From positions 67,148,001 through 67,212,000 of the forward strand of contig NW_024704743.1 in the NCBI RefSeq assembly GCF_018977255.1: 64,000 bases of DNA, read 5' to 3'. The translations under genes were made by a program, and so were the position numbers. Source of the stretch: Callorhinchus milii. Lineage: Eukaryota. The notes under the pieces were generated by a model, which was not told the origin of the DNA, did not search any database, and saw nothing but the letters and a program-made list of their open reading frames with translations. Each line of letters begins with the position of its first letter. The first letter of the stretch is position 1. This document shows, in pieces, positions 37,817 to 50,877 of this stretch.

Positions 37817-38258
37817 ATAATAATAATAATAATAATAATCCTTGCATTTGATATAGCGCTTTTCACGTCAGGAGGACGTCCCAAAGCGCTTCACAGAACA
37901 CACTGTAAAGTGAATTGACTGTATATTTGTGGGCGAACGCGGCAGCCAATTGCGCACAGCAATGTCCCACAAACAGTCGTAGATTGAAAATGACCAATTT
38001 ATTATTGTTTTGTTTTTTTGGAGGGATTATTATTAGGCGTGTGGAGTAAGGAAACTTGCCCAAGGTTTCGCCCTGCCTGGAATTGAACTCAGGTCTCTCA
38101 CTTGCAAAGCCCACAAATATACAGTCAATTCACTTTACAGTGTGTTCTGTGAAGCGCTTTGGGACGTCCTCCCGACGTGAAAAGCGCTATATCAAATGCA
38201 AGGATTATTATTATTATTATTAAAGCGAGTGCTCTAACCACTGAGCTACAGGACTCCA
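37817..38258 (-). mobile_element. Young tRNA-Ala SINE, interrupted by a nested SINE
   Basis: Tail at 37817; head split at AAAGC (38106-38110 and 38222-38226). Confidence 0.92.
38111..38221 (+). mobile_element. Nested 5'-truncated SINE with a 5-bp TSD
   Basis: Last ~110 bp of the SINE plus (TTA)n, flanked by AAAGC on both sides. Confidence 0.9.
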
Positions 38259-39039
38259 CAAAAGAAGATTAGAAAAAGGATCACATGCTGTATTGTGAGA
38301 AAAAACAATGCTGAAAGTGTTGAATTGTGTTAGTTTGTGGCTATAAAAGAAGTATTTCTCCCTTGTAAAATGTATTATCAGCAGGACAAGTGGACACAGA
38401 TTCATATTTGGCCCATTTTTTGTGTCAGTTTTTGGTTCTCCCCAATTAATTCTCTTTTGCCTACAGAAATATACAGTCAATTCACTTTACTGGGAAGTGC
38501 TTTGAGACATCTCAAAGACGTGATAAGGTGTTATATCAAATACAAGTATTATTATTTCCCCATACTCTCTCATATTAGATTTGGAAGACCTTTCTGAAAC
38601 TGGCCAGCCTGGCTTTCCAATTGGAGATAAGCTTTCAACTGTCAAAGAAGCACCAAGAACTGAATTTATTATAAATTCCTAAAATANTTTTTTAAACTGG
38701 ATCCTTTATTCACTGAGTTTTATTCATTGAGTTCTTAAGCAGGAGCATAACACACAATAATACAGTTGCTTGTCTTTAAATTCTCATCTGAGAATACAGG
38801 ATGCAGTCTTCCACTTAGACCTAAAGACTTTCACCAGCTCTGACTTTTTCACTGGTTTCTATCTTCTTTGCTTCTAATCTGAGTATTTTTCTGACTTATC
38901 TTTCTTTTTTTGCTGTGATTTCTCTCCATGTTTCTCTTTGTTCTAACTTTTCTGAGCAAAATGCCCTCAACGCCTGTATCACACCATTCTCCAGTCTTTT
39001 CCTAAAAAAAAGTCTTGGCATGGCTCAATATTTTCTCAT

Positions 39040-39465
39040 AGCCCTGTCAGCCAGGCACTTTTGGCCAAGAGTAGGAGGTTGTGGGTTCAAGACCTATGTT
39101 CAGGTGTGGGCCTCACAGAGTCTAAGATGAAGCTCCAATGTAGTGGTGGAGATTTGCTGCATTGTTGGAGGTACTGTCCTTTGTATGAGATGTTAAACGT
39201 TACTTGGTTGTTCCACTGAATGTTAGAACCCTTGGCACTATTTAAAAAGATAAAGTTTCTCCTGGTACCCTGGCCAACAGGCCCCCAAATAAGATTGGTC
39301 ATTCACTTCATGACTATTTGTGGGACATTGCTGTGCGCAAAGTTGAATGCCATGCTCACCCACAAGGTACAGTCACTGTACTTTACAGTATAATCTTGTG
39401 AAGCGCTTTGGGATTTCTCCTGATTTGAAAGGCACTATAATACCAAATGTAAGGATTATTATTAC
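39040..39465 (+). mobile_element. Deu-domain SINE, degraded
   Basis: GGTTGTGGGTTCAAG head, TGTTGGAGGTACTGTC, TGTGGGACATTGCTGTGCGCAAA, and tail. Confidence 0.75.
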
Positions 39466-39849
39466 CAATGTATATTATAATCTGGGATCTTGTCTGCCTG
39501 TATTTCAGGTGGATGTTAGAGACTATCTCTGTTCCCTCATTCATAGAATGATAAAATCATAGCAATATACAGCACAGAAGGAACCTATTTGGCCCATCGT
39601 GCCCCTGCCGGCTTTTTGAAAGAGCTATCTAATTCTATCCACTCCTTATTATGTGCGGGATCTTGCTGCAACAAATGACTGCAGCATTTGCCTGATAAAC
39701 AGCAACTTCACTTGACATAATTACCTTTAAGGCCTTTGAGAGTTTAAAAAAAAATGTCTTTCTTAGTTCTTATTGTGCAGTACAGTATTTGAACACATAA
39801 GGCTAATTTGGCTAAACAATGACTGGCCTCATCAGATCCACAGATCCAA

Positions 39850-40145
39850 CATAGATCTTAAACTGGAGGCTAAACTATTTACAAGTGCAATAAGGAAACA
39901 TATTTTCATGCAGCAGGTGGTGTGGGAGTGTGGAATTCGCTCCCCCAGAGAGCAGTGGAAGTACAGGCAATTGAAGAATCTAAAAGGCAAATAGATATAC
40001 GCTTGATAGGCAAGGATATCAGAGGATATGGAGAGAGGGCGGGGAGGTGGAATTGAATTGCATATCGGACACGATCTTGGTAAAGTGGAGGGACAGGCTT
40101 GATGGGCTGAATGGTCTCCTCCTGTTCCTTTGTTGATATGTTCCT
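39850..40145 (+). mobile_element. CR1 3' end fragment
   Basis: WNSLP-like GTGGAATTCGCTCCCC and the CR1 tail GATGGGCTGAATGGTCTCCTCCTGTTCC. Confidence 0.7.
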
Positions 40146-40454
40146 GTTCCCATCTTCCTAAACAAGGCAGGTGGGGCTGCCTTTTCTCTTCTTATGACTC
40201 CCACCCCAGGCTTCCCAAACTTCTCATGTCTGAAGGGATCCAGGGGCCAACCGATGAACAGAGATACCCTAGTACTCCACTTTGCCCTAAACACCCACAA
40301 AAAACATGAGCACTCAAACTCAGCTCCCAGATTGCCCCAGTAACAACCTTTGTGCTCTGCCTAAGCTCCTCAGCAATCAATGATTCTGGCTGTGGCAATC
40401 AGATATCTGAAGTATTTAACTGTGTAATGCCCTCACTTTATGTGTACGTGTCAC

Positions 40455-40870
40455 TGTGCGTCAGCCTGGCTGAGTTATTAACACTCTCGCCTAGGAGTCA
40501 AAATGCTGTGGGTTCAAGCACCATGTCGGGACATTGAACTTGTATATCTATGCTGACACTCCAATACAGTGCTGGGGGTGTGCTGCAATTGGAGGTCCTG
40601 TCCTTCGAGGTCTGTGTGGCTGTTCAGGTGGACATTAAAAAACCAATGGGACTATTTCAAAAAGAGAAGGGAGTTTCTCTTTGCGTCCTGGTCAACAGTC
40701 CCCCAAATAGAATTGGTCATTCACTTCATGGCTATTTGTGAAACGTGTTTATGTACACATTGACAGCTGTATTCATTTATAAAAGTACTTAATCCCTCCA
40801 CCCTACAGCATATCCTTTGAGACGTCCTCCCGATATGAAAGGCACCACATCAAATGTAAGTATTATTTAT
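40455..40870 (+). mobile_element. Deu-domain SINE, degraded
   Basis: GTCAGCCTGGCTGAGT...GGGTTCAAG...GCTGACACTCC...CAGGTGGAC...tail. Confidence 0.75.
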
Positions 40871-41964
40871 TCATTTACATAATTTGTAATGCTCAACAAA
40901 ACATGTAAAAGCTTGTAGAACTTAACAACAAATGTCCTTCTAAAGAAAATAGCTTCTGAACTTCACAAACAACAATATTCAGCATCTGTTCCACTTCAAT
41001 TCCTCCATTCCCAGAGTAACCTTTGTCTACAGCTGTTGAGTTCCCTCAAATACTGATGCACTTCAAAGTGTTTGTGGGAACAGTGCTGTATGTTGCCGTA
41101 GTGATGGAAGCACACTGCGACTCCTCGCAGAGCAATGTTCTGATTTAAGAGCTTTAATTAAAATGAGGAGCCCATGGGGAGCAAAGAATAAGAAAGAATG
41201 TGCTGTTGAACCAGAAGCCCGGCATTATTGAAAGGACAATATTTAAAATGTTAGCCAAGTTGAACAAGTTCTGTTTTCAATTAGTGTAGCAATTGATTTG
41301 AAGTGCCTTGGACAATTATCAAGCAAGAGGCCAATGATTTGTTAATACAAAGTACACATTTTCATATCACCCGTCTGTGTTAGTATGTGAAACTTTATGA
41401 AGCTCTTGACTGACTTTATCAAACCCACAGCCACAAAGAATGTGGGGTTACCTTTGTCCCCTTTGCTGCAGATCCCCTGCCCTACCTGTGCCATATAACT
41501 AGTTAGACAAGGAACTATTTTGGAGTTACTTTTCTCCAAAGTAACTCAATGGGTAATTACATTGTTCTTTGTAAGTGAATGACCAATTTTATAGAATCAT
41601 AGAATTATGAAGGAGGCCATTTGGGACTGTGTCGGCTCTTTGAAAAGAGCTATCCAATTCAATCCCTCTCCCCCACTCTCCCCATAGCAGATTATTTAAT
41701 CCCCAACTCCTAGCCTATATTAACTGCTAATTGACTTGTTTGCCTGCTTACATATAAGGTTGCTTCTACCTCAAAATAGATTTCCCACTTTTGTGCTGAA
41801 AGAGTTCTCTCTGGTATCTCTCTTGCTCTCTGGTATCTCTCTTGCTGAAAAATTCCCACTCTCACCAAAATCCTTAACAGAATTTTTACTCTGTTCCACC
41901 TCACTCAGCTCCCTCTTCATGCTCCTGGGCTGTTTACTCTTTCATTTGATCTTTCTCCGCCGGG

Positions 41965-42430
41965 GAGCGATGATGCACCCTGCGTACCTAATTCTAGAAA
42001 GTATTAGGCGCAGGTTTGCAAGAGCAAAGGCTTGGGGACCTCATAGTGTGAATGGGGGCTACTGCAGTGCTTAACCAGCTAAAACAACATAGTTTGCCAT
42101 TGGAAGCATTATCTGGCAAGCTTCCCACTGTTTGTCTTCCTAGGACCACCCTACCCGTTAGAGCTCTGGCTTGCAGAGCTAACAAGTGTTGAGTGGGAGG
42201 GATTCCTGATTGTAGTGTCTGTTCTGATTCTCTGAGTCCTCCTAAAGAGCCAGGCTAGCTGTGCCGTCACCAGCAGTGCCCTGGAGTACTGTGGACCCGC
42301 TGGCTCAGAAACTAGACTGTAAGACCGCCAGAGGGCTGACTAAATTCTGACATTCCGTTGCCAAACATGTCACCTTGGAGCCAGTTCAGCTCCAATGAGA
42401 CTCCTTACCTCTTTCCCCGAGGATAACTTT
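41965..42430. repeat. Unclassified interspersed repeat, homologous to ~24660-25070
   Basis: Same motif series in the same orientation, diverged. Confidence 0.75.
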
Positions 42431-43084
42431 GTGGTTTATAGGATCTGTAACGTTGATTGAATTAAAGACTTACTACTGCTTTCATCCACTCTAGGTTTTA
42501 TGTGAGATGTTCAAATAATTCTTCCCTTATCTTTACAATTTATGACATTCTTGCCAAGAACTATATGATTACCCATTGAGTTACTTTGGAGAGGATTAGG
42601 TTGAGGAATTAATATGATACTTAACAAAGACCACCCCCCCAACCCCATTACTTTAACAATATGCGGGGGATGGGAGAGAGAGAAAGAAAATCCCATACTA
42701 AGGGTCCTGTAATCCCATTACAAAAGGGTGTAAATTCCTGCAGTGATTTTCTGCTTGTAACCAGAATTAAAGTTTCCTTGTGTAACCATTTGAGGGTAAG
42801 GGTAAGGTTGTACAATAACAAGTCCAAATGAGATCAACTGAGAACACATACCCACGTACCTACCCATCACAATACTCCAGGTTTTCACCACATGTATGGA
42901 ATGTATCAATTGTATGGAAGTACCTTCATCATTCCCGAATCTTATCACGTCACTGAGATGTCTCAAAGTGCTTCACAGAATATACTGTAAACTGAATTGA
43001 CTATTTTGTGGAAAAGCGTAACAACAAGAATTGATCATTGCCACCACAAGCTAATAAATAACTATTGCATTTCGTCCAACGATG

Positions 43085-43375
43085 TTTCATGTCTCAAAGC
43101 CTTGCAAAGGATTATACTGTAGAGCGTAGTGATTCTGTATTCTGTAGGCGAATGCAGCAGCTAATTTGTGCAATATCCCACAACCAGCCATGAAGTGAAT
43201 GACCAATTTAATGTGGGGTAATTGCTGGCCAGAACACTGGGAGAAACTCCCTTCTCTTTTCAAATAGTTCCAAGGGATCTTTAACTTCCACCTGAACAAG
43301 CAGATGGGGACCGTGGTTTAAAATCTCATCCAACAAAGCAGCGTTCCCCCAGTACTGCACTGGAGTGCCAGCCTA
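43085..43375 (-). mobile_element. Deu-domain SINE fragment
   Basis: Reverse complement of the same Deu core motifs. Confidence 0.7.
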
Positions 43376-43554
43376 AAGCTCAAAATCAAGATACACCATC
43401 AGTAGCACTCAAACTCAGCTATATATAACCAAATGGGAAAGAAACCAAAAATGGCTTCATTTAAGTCGGAACGTAAAGTTTTATATAACTGAAAAAGTAT
43501 GTCGTACAAGTTGTAGGGTTACATTTGTGTCATCAAAAAGCAACAAGGGCACAC

Positions 43555-44745
43555 AAATTTACAGCAAGGCTCTTTTAATGTACTTTTTTTCCTTTTTTTT
43601 AAACCAAACTACAGTACATACTTAAAATAAGGCATGACACAGTTTGGAAATTTAAAAATTTATAAACTATCCTAAGTTCCTGAACAGAAAACACCATGTG
43701 TAAGAGTGTGCTTCCTAATTAGGAAAACAATGGATCAGATCCCATCTCTCTGAAGGCATATACAGGTACCTCTGAGCTTTCACAATGTAAATATCCTCAG
43801 GTCTGCAAGCATGCAAGAAAACCTGTTGTGCCTCACGGGAATAGTTAGTAGCAGTGACTGTCTCCTTGCCTACGCAGCAATTTCTTAATAGCTGAAACAA
43901 TGTTTACCGTCACCACACAAAAAGGTTTTACCATAAAAGGCTAGAAATGGACAAGATAATGAACATTTATAAAATATAAGAATAAAAAATATATACAGTG
44001 GTATAAGGTAAATAACAGAAGTCTTGTTAACAAATGACAGCTTAACATTATTTGTTGTGTACACTTCAGTATTTTCTCTGGGCAGAATTTAGCAAAGTCT
44101 CGTGAATGAGGAAAGGACAAGTGTATGGCTTCCAACATACACTATGGTCACACGTATCTACATATACATGAGAGCTTGGGCACAAACAAGCAGTTTAAGT
44201 GATCGGATTTACTTAACTCTGGCTGTTGAATAGTGCTTTTTAAAAAAAAATATTTTTTACAACAAAATTAAAAAAAAGAGAAATGTGTGAACAGCTTGAA
44301 TGGAAATGTAATTAAAAAAACTTTCACCAATTTTTATATATACCACAGCATGCCAAATCATTCTTTGCACAAACTCTTAACAATGATGAATTACCATTTT
44401 TCATTGTAAAATGCAATAACTTCATAAGCTTCTTCAGCAACAAAAACGTATACTCTATACTTGTATGCTCTACATAAAACATATTTACAATGGGTATTTG
44501 GCATATGTGTAATAATCTATACTATCAGCTTGTTTTTTTTTCTGAAGTGTAAATGCATTACGATTAGTACTGACATACTTGGGAAAATTCTTTTCAAAAC
44601 TGGTGGTAATCCATCATATCTTATCTTTTGTTTTCATTTGAATCCTATTTTTTTCCGCATGTTTTCCATTTGGGTTCATTTGTGCTGATCTTTCCTGAAT
44701 CGGCAACAAAAAAATACACCAGAGGATAAACTCCCAACAATCCTG
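43555..44745 (-). other. CNTNAP2: Putative CNTNAP2 3' UTR (~1.2 kb)
   Basis: AT-rich stretch with no recognisable repeat after the stop, ending at ATTAAA (43579-43574) followed by a GU/U-rich tract (TTTGTGTGCCCTTGTTGCTTTTTG). The end point is inferred. Confidence 0.6.
43574..43579 (-). promoter_or_regulatory. Candidate polyadenylation signal (ATTAAA) of CNTNAP2
   Basis: ATTAAA with a GU-rich downstream element about 15-45 nt further on. Confidence 0.5.
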
Positions 44746-44945
44746 TTAGATGAACCATTCCTTTTTACTCTCGTCGATAGTTTCTGTGAAGTTGGGGTCA
44801 GTGTTCATTATAGCTGCATCAGCGTTCTCGGCAGACTCGGTACCCTTGGCTTCGTTGGTATGGTAGGTCCCTTTGTGGCGGAACATATAACGGATCAAGA
44901 AGACTAGTGTGCAAAGGATGGTGAAGATGACAACTGCAATAACAC
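44746..44945 (-). CDS. CNTNAP2: CNTNAP2 terminal coding exon (TM helix, protein 4.1-binding motif, PDZ-binding C-terminus)
   Basis: CTCTCCATTAG acceptor, phase 1. Encodes [35 protein letters not shown]...[21 protein letters not shown] (TAA at 44748-44746). Phases join cleanly to the two upstream exons. Confidence 0.97.
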
Positions 44946-45085
44946 CTAATGGAGAGAAAAAGCAAGCAAGTCTGTGAAGATTAAACAAGAAAATTAATCC
45001 ATGCAACCTCCTAGAACCATTTTATTATCTGTGGTGAGACACAAGGTAAGGTTTTTATCTGCATCACAAGTCAGAACAACTGATT

Positions 45086-46772
45086 GAGGTACTTTGAGGT
45101 CACCTTCGAACCCGTTTCCCCACCCTCTGTCACCAAACTCATCCTGTCCCTGAAACCCACCACCTGCTCTCTTGACCCCATCCCCACTCCACTCCTTATC
45201 TCTCAGCTCCACCTCCTTGCCCCACTTCTCACAGACATCATCAACCTCTCCTCTGGCTCTGTTCCTATTCCCTTAAAAAATGCCACCATCACTTCCACTT
45301 TGAAAAAAGCCTCCCTTGATGCATCGCAGCTATCAAGCTACCGGCCCATCTCCAACCTTCCCTTCCGGTCCAAGGTCCTTGAAAGAGTCGTCGTCTCCCA
45401 GCTGCGCTCTTTCCTCTCCACCCATTCATTATTTGAACCCCTTCAGTCGGGTTTCCGTGCTGCCCATAGCACAGAAACCGCCCTGGTCAAGGTCACCAAT
45501 GACATCCTGACCATCTGTGACCAGGGCTCCCTCTGCCTCCTCGTCCTATCGGCCGCATTCGATGCGGTCGACCACTCTATCCTCCTCCACCGCTTGTCCT
45601 CCCACCTCAACCTCTATCCTCCTCCACCGCTTGTCCTCCCACTCAAGGCCCTGTCCTTGAGTGATTTAGGTCATACCTCTCCCACCATCTTCATTTTATT
45701 TCCACTAACGGCTTTTCCTCCAGCCCCCGCACTGTCTCGTGCGGTGTCCCTCAGGGCTCTGTCCTCGGTCCCCTCCTCTTCACCCTCTATATGCTCCCCC
45801 TTGGTGACATCGTCCGCAGACATGGGGTTAACTTCCACATGTATGCGGATGACACCCAACTCTACCTTTCCTCCTCTATCCTCAACTCCATGACCACCGA
45901 TGTCCTGACAGCCTGCCTGTCCGACATCGAGTCCTGAACGAGAGACAACTTTCTTCAGCTCAACGTGCGCAAAACTGAGGCCCTCCTGATTGGCTTTCTT
46001 CTTCGCCTCCGCACCTCAGGCGCTGACAGCATCAGCATCCAAGGCTGCACTCTCCACCTCTCAAAGCCAGTCAGGAACCTCGGGGTTCTGTTCGACCCTG
46101 AGCTGTCCTTTCTTCCTCATATCCGCGCCATAACTGGCACCGCCTTCCATCACCTCCGGAATATTGTCAGACTATGGCACTAACTCACCCCTCACGCTGC
46201 TGAAACCCTGGTCCACACCTTTATCACCTCAAGGCTGGACTATGGGAACTCTCTCCTCGCCGGCCTTCCCGGCACCTCCCTCCACAAGCTGCAGGTCATT
46301 CAGAACTCTGCAGCTCGTGTACTGTCCCGCACCAGGCTTCGCGACCACATCACTCCCACCCTCGCTCGCCTCCACTGGCTCCCCATCCCCCAGAGGATCG
46401 AATTCAAGATCCTCATCCTCACCTATAAGGCTATTCACGGCCTTGCTCCCTCCTACCTCTCCGACCTACTATCCCCTTACTTACCTGCCCGTACCCTCTG
46501 TTCCTCTGGCTCCGGTTTGCTCCACATCCCCCGCGCTAACCGCCCTACCATCGTTGGCCGGGCCTTCAGCCTCTCAGCCCCGAGGCTCTGTAACTCTATC
46601 CCCCAGTGCCTTCACCGCCTCCTCCCTTTCCTCCTTCAAGGCCGGTCTCAAGACCTTTCTCTTCGACCGTGCCTTCAGCTCCCCTCTCGACTCTCTTCCC
46701 CCCGCCTAGCCCCCTCCCGTCCTCCCAACGTGAAAGGCGCTCTGTAAATGAAATCTTGTTGTTGTTGTTGTT
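45086..46772 (+). mobile_element. L2-clade LINE, 5'-truncated, in the last CNTNAP2 intron (antisense to the gene)
   Basis: CSLDPIPT, YRPISNLPF, QSGFRAAHSTETALVKV and YADDTQLY motifs; stops and frameshifts; (TTG)n tail. Confidence 0.95.
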
Positions 46773-47039
46773 ATGCTATTATTTTTAGATGATTTGGGGA
46801 GGCCTGAACTAGGCAAATCCTAACAGTTGGTAACAATAACTGTGATTTGCAAATAGCAAATCCTTTTGATAATCAGATGTACATCACACTGACCTAGAGG
46901 AACTCTGCTCTGAAAGTTATTCATGTCTTTTGTTAGGACTGCTGCAATTTCGCTGTGCAGCGAATGGTCATTAAACAATACTTGGATGATCTCCCACGGC
47001 ACTCCTTGCCAGTCTCCTGAGCTCCTCTATTAACAAGGC

Positions 47040-47570
47040 CCAAATGATTCAAGACTCTGACGCCTGTGTCCTCACCTGTACCAGGCTTCGCATCCTCATT
47101 ACCTCACTTCTTGTAAGGCTCCACTGGCTCCCGGTTACAGAATGGATCGATTTCCAAATCATAACTGTCACTTTCAAGGCTCTTCACACCCTGGCACGTC
47201 ACTCTCCCTGTGATCTGCTTGCGCTTCTCTCCTCTACCCACTGTCTTTGCTCTGTTGTCTTAGGTCTTTTGCACATCCCTTGTCCCCTGCACTCCAGAAT
47301 TGGTGGCTTATGGCCCGAATCTCAATCCCTCTGTCTTGCCCCTCTTTGACCATCTTCAATTTGCACCTTTGTGACTTTGAAGATGGGCTTTCTTCTTTAC
47401 CGTGCCTTTGTTCTCCTCCCCTTCCTTTCCAACCCAGTGTCAAGTGCTGTTAAGCGCTCAGAGACGTTACCCATGTGAAGGGCACTGTATAAGTGCAAGT
47501 TGTTGATCCCAGGCCTTGGACGTCCTCCCAATGTGAAAGCCGCTATACAAATGTAATTTTGTTGTTGGTG
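47040..47570 (+). mobile_element. Old L2 3' fragment plus a second L2 tail
   Basis: RLHWLPV...FKALH motif; tails ending TGCAAGTTGTTG and TGTAATTTTGTTGTTG. Confidence 0.7.
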
Positions 47571-48697
47571 GTGGTCTGCACATGGCATGAATTTGCTAAT
47601 GTTTCAAACCCCAATTAAAGTGCTGTAGAGGAAACGACTCACGAGTAAAATACAATGCATGTTTCTATCCCTAGTATTGAACAGGTCCAACGGTCTTCAC
47701 CTACAGCTGAGTACCAAATGTTCAGAAGACTCTGGTGGTATAAGCTTCCCTAGGCACTGTCCACCTTCTGGTTCTTCACACAAATGTGTGAACCTAATTA
47801 TTGAGGATGTCAGGATGTGCTATTGTATGCAATTGAGTAAGTGTGTGTGTGTTGGTGGAGCAGGAAACTCAAACCAAGCGTGATCCTGTCCTTAACATCT
47901 ATACATGTATGTACGGCAGAGACCACTTCAGAGTGATCAGGAGTCAGAATCTGGGCTGAATTTTCCCCTCTCTCTGAATTGCCCTGACTCAATTTTCCTT
48001 CTCTCTAGCCCAAGGCTAAGTCATTTGTAAAAACCCTTACCACTACCCAAGATAAAATAAATGAATTTAGCATTGGCCTCAGATTAAACCTGAGATTTTA
48101 CTGATATTTTTGGCACTTTCTTGGTCAGTTTTGCACTAGCCAGTATCTTCAACATCTAACCCACAGGGAAAGAGCCTTGTTTATATTAGTTTAATAGATA
48201 TTGACATTGTGTGAATCAAAATAAATTGTGTCCAAATACAGCACAGAATCGATCACATTACTTCTTGGTGACTTATCGCCAACGCTTCAAAACTAAGTGT
48301 AACTCACAGTACAACCAGCTTGGAGCTCATCCATATTTTCCTACATTTCATTACCTGCACCTGCATTATGAGACTCATTGTCCAGTTAAAATACAGCTGT
48401 ACTGAGCACCATGTTTTCTCCATACATTTTGCTCATACTATAGCAAGTTGTAAAATATCTATTGAACTGAAAAAACACTAATACTAAGGGAGACAGAAAA
48501 CAGGATACTTTAAAGGAGGGAAATAGTCCAGATAAAATATCTACTTTTCTATACCCCCCGTTGCAATCCCTCTTATGACTGAATATCAATTTTAGAAATA
48601 GGAAGATCAAAGCTACACACAGGACTCCAGATGTGATCTAAGGATGGATAGACACTATTTAAAATCACTTCTTTCAACTGAGATGTTATCCCTAAGC

Positions 48698-48895
48698 CAA
48701 GGTGGCCAACCTATGGTGTCAAGAAGTGGCCTGTCGAACATTCGCACTAGTCTAGGTAAGCCTGTGTTAAATTTATATTTTATTTCCAGTAGCTATTGAG
48801 TAGCGATATTTATGATGTGGCCATTAATAATGAAGAAATATTCAATCAAAAAACACATAATTAGGTTGGTTGACCATAAACATTGGCCACCACTG
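48698..48895. mobile_element. hAT (Charlie-like) MITE, ~198 bp
   Basis: Imperfect TIRs CAAGGTGGCCAACCTATGG / CCATAAACATTGGCCACCACTG. 8-bp TSD CCCTAAGC (48690-48697) / CCCTAAAC (48896-48903) with a central TA. Confidence 0.75.
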
Positions 48896-49179
48896 CCCTA
48901 AACTATCTGCTCACTTTCTTAACACTGTTCCGATGGTTTTAGTGATCCAAACTACCAAAACTCGAAAGTATCTTTACTGTTTTGATAATTCAAGTATATT
49001 TATATTCAGTATTTATTCTACTCTAGTCTGACTTCAGTTGACTCTCAGAACTTCACATCTCTGTATTAATCTGCATCTTTTCACCCAAATATCCAATGTA
49101 TTTAGTTCCTTTTGCGTTTGTGCACACCGATTCTTATTATTTTCCATTCGCCAACCAGATACAATACGATGCAACACAA

Positions 49180-49520
49180 TTTACATTTCTATAGCACCTT
49201 TCACGTCGGGATGACGTCTCAAAGCATTTGACTCTGGGAACCAGAGCTGGAGGGTGGGAGCTGAGGAGTGGAAAGCATAGAAAATGAGCTAGCTTTGTGA
49301 TGCCCCTTGAATGAGAAGGGGGAGAGCAAATCGGAGGAATGGAATTCCAGAAAGCAAGGGCAAAGTGGCTGAAAGCCTGCCTTCTGAGTGGGGTGGGGGT
49401 GGATAAGGCATAAAGCAGTGATCACCGATTAAAAGGAGTGGCCAGGTATTGAAGGAGGTCAGAGGTAGGGTGGTGAGAGACCATGGTGAGATTTGAGAAT
49501 GACTTAAAGTTCCTGGGTTC
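49180..49520 (-). mobile_element. Old L2 3' fragment
   Basis: Tail motif AGCACCTTTCACGTCGGGA on the plus strand, next to a degenerate GGAATTCCAG...GGCTGAA segment. Confidence 0.6.
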
Positions 49521-50877
49521 AAGTTCATGGTATATCGATTTTATTTGACTGTGGAAGAAAGAGTCAACTGCTCTTCTCACTTAATGCTCATTTTTCTGTG
49601 CCTCATTGTTGTAAATGCACTTCCTGCTCCAGCCTGGTGATGGCACTCTTTCAATGCTCAGTTAGCAGCAGTGCTTTTTTTTCCATAAGATGTGACAATA
49701 ACTGAAGAGAAGTGAGGAATTTTACTTTAATTTCCTATCTAATTAAATAAAGCTGAACTAAATCTTTTTTTTCATCACTGGGAAGCTGAATACATGTTTT
49801 AATAGTAAAGTGGTAAAGATAGTGAGATTAGCCTCCTTAATAATTTACAGGACCAATAAAAAATGAATCAATGATTTTGACAGCATTCTGGAGGCAGGTT
49901 TGTACACTATGAATGAACGTGTCTAGTATTTCTCCATCACTTGAGCTACCTCGCTCTGACACAATTCCACTCGTGATTTCGAGTCTCTTGCAAGAAATTT
50001 GAGACTTTTGCGTTTGAACCTAAAATATAGAAAATAAAAACCTCGCTTCATGTCTCTGAAGTTCATGATCTACAGTCCAGGAAGCAGCTGCTTGAAGAGA
50101 GGAAGTTAACCTTAATCACGGTCTGATCCCTCTTACTGAGGGAAATAAAAACAAAGATCCTCGCAACTCATTGGCAGATCAAGAAAAAAATTCTTTTTAA
50201 CAACATATTTGTTGGGGAGCAACTATCATACCTCTCAAATTAATTAGCAAAGATTCAGCAGCTGTATTGACCTCTTGTATCTGTGGCACAATTTAAGTCA
50301 AAGTAAATCCCTGGGACAGCTGGTTAACCAAAGTTGAGGGAACACATTCCAGTATTGTATTAGTTTGTATGATCAGAATCATTAGATTTCAGATTGATTA
50401 TATTTGGTAAAAATATTCTTTCTATATCTGTCAAATGCTTCTAAGGTACTGAGGCAGATCCAAGTCGCCTTTTCTTTACTCCACACTGTGGTTAGCTGCA
50501 CCAACCTATACATCTTCCTCATTGCTGAGAAATCTGGACAAAACTGGAAAAAAAACCAGATGTAGTTTCCACTCAGCAGCTAATAACATCTTCCATAAGC
50601 ATATTTGAGTTATCTAATCTATAATTTGTTTCACAATTGGCACGTTGTTTGATCCAATAGATCATAGGCCATGCACTTTGCCACACAACAACAACAAATT
50701 TTGTATTTATTTACCGCCTTTCATGTTGGCAAGATGTCTCAAAGTGCTTCACAGAGTCGACTGGGAGCCTGAGCTGGGCTCAGGGGGGAGCAGAGGAAGA
50801 TAGGGAGAAACGCTGACCAGAAACAAAGGGTCATTTAATGGTGGAGAGAGAGGAAGCGAGGGACTAATACCACTTAC

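Noticed and set aside
38687..38687. Isolated N before a poly-T run (also 52392)
   Set aside because: Assembly ambiguity, not biology.
45084..45893. 269-aa ORF
   Set aside because: Decayed L2 ORF2 that goes out of frame after a ~36-bp local tandem duplication at ~45575-45645.
47860..48170. Possible ancient tRNA-SINE remnant (related bits at ~2850-2960 and ~55560-55690)
   Set aside because: Too diverged to name or bound without a profile search.
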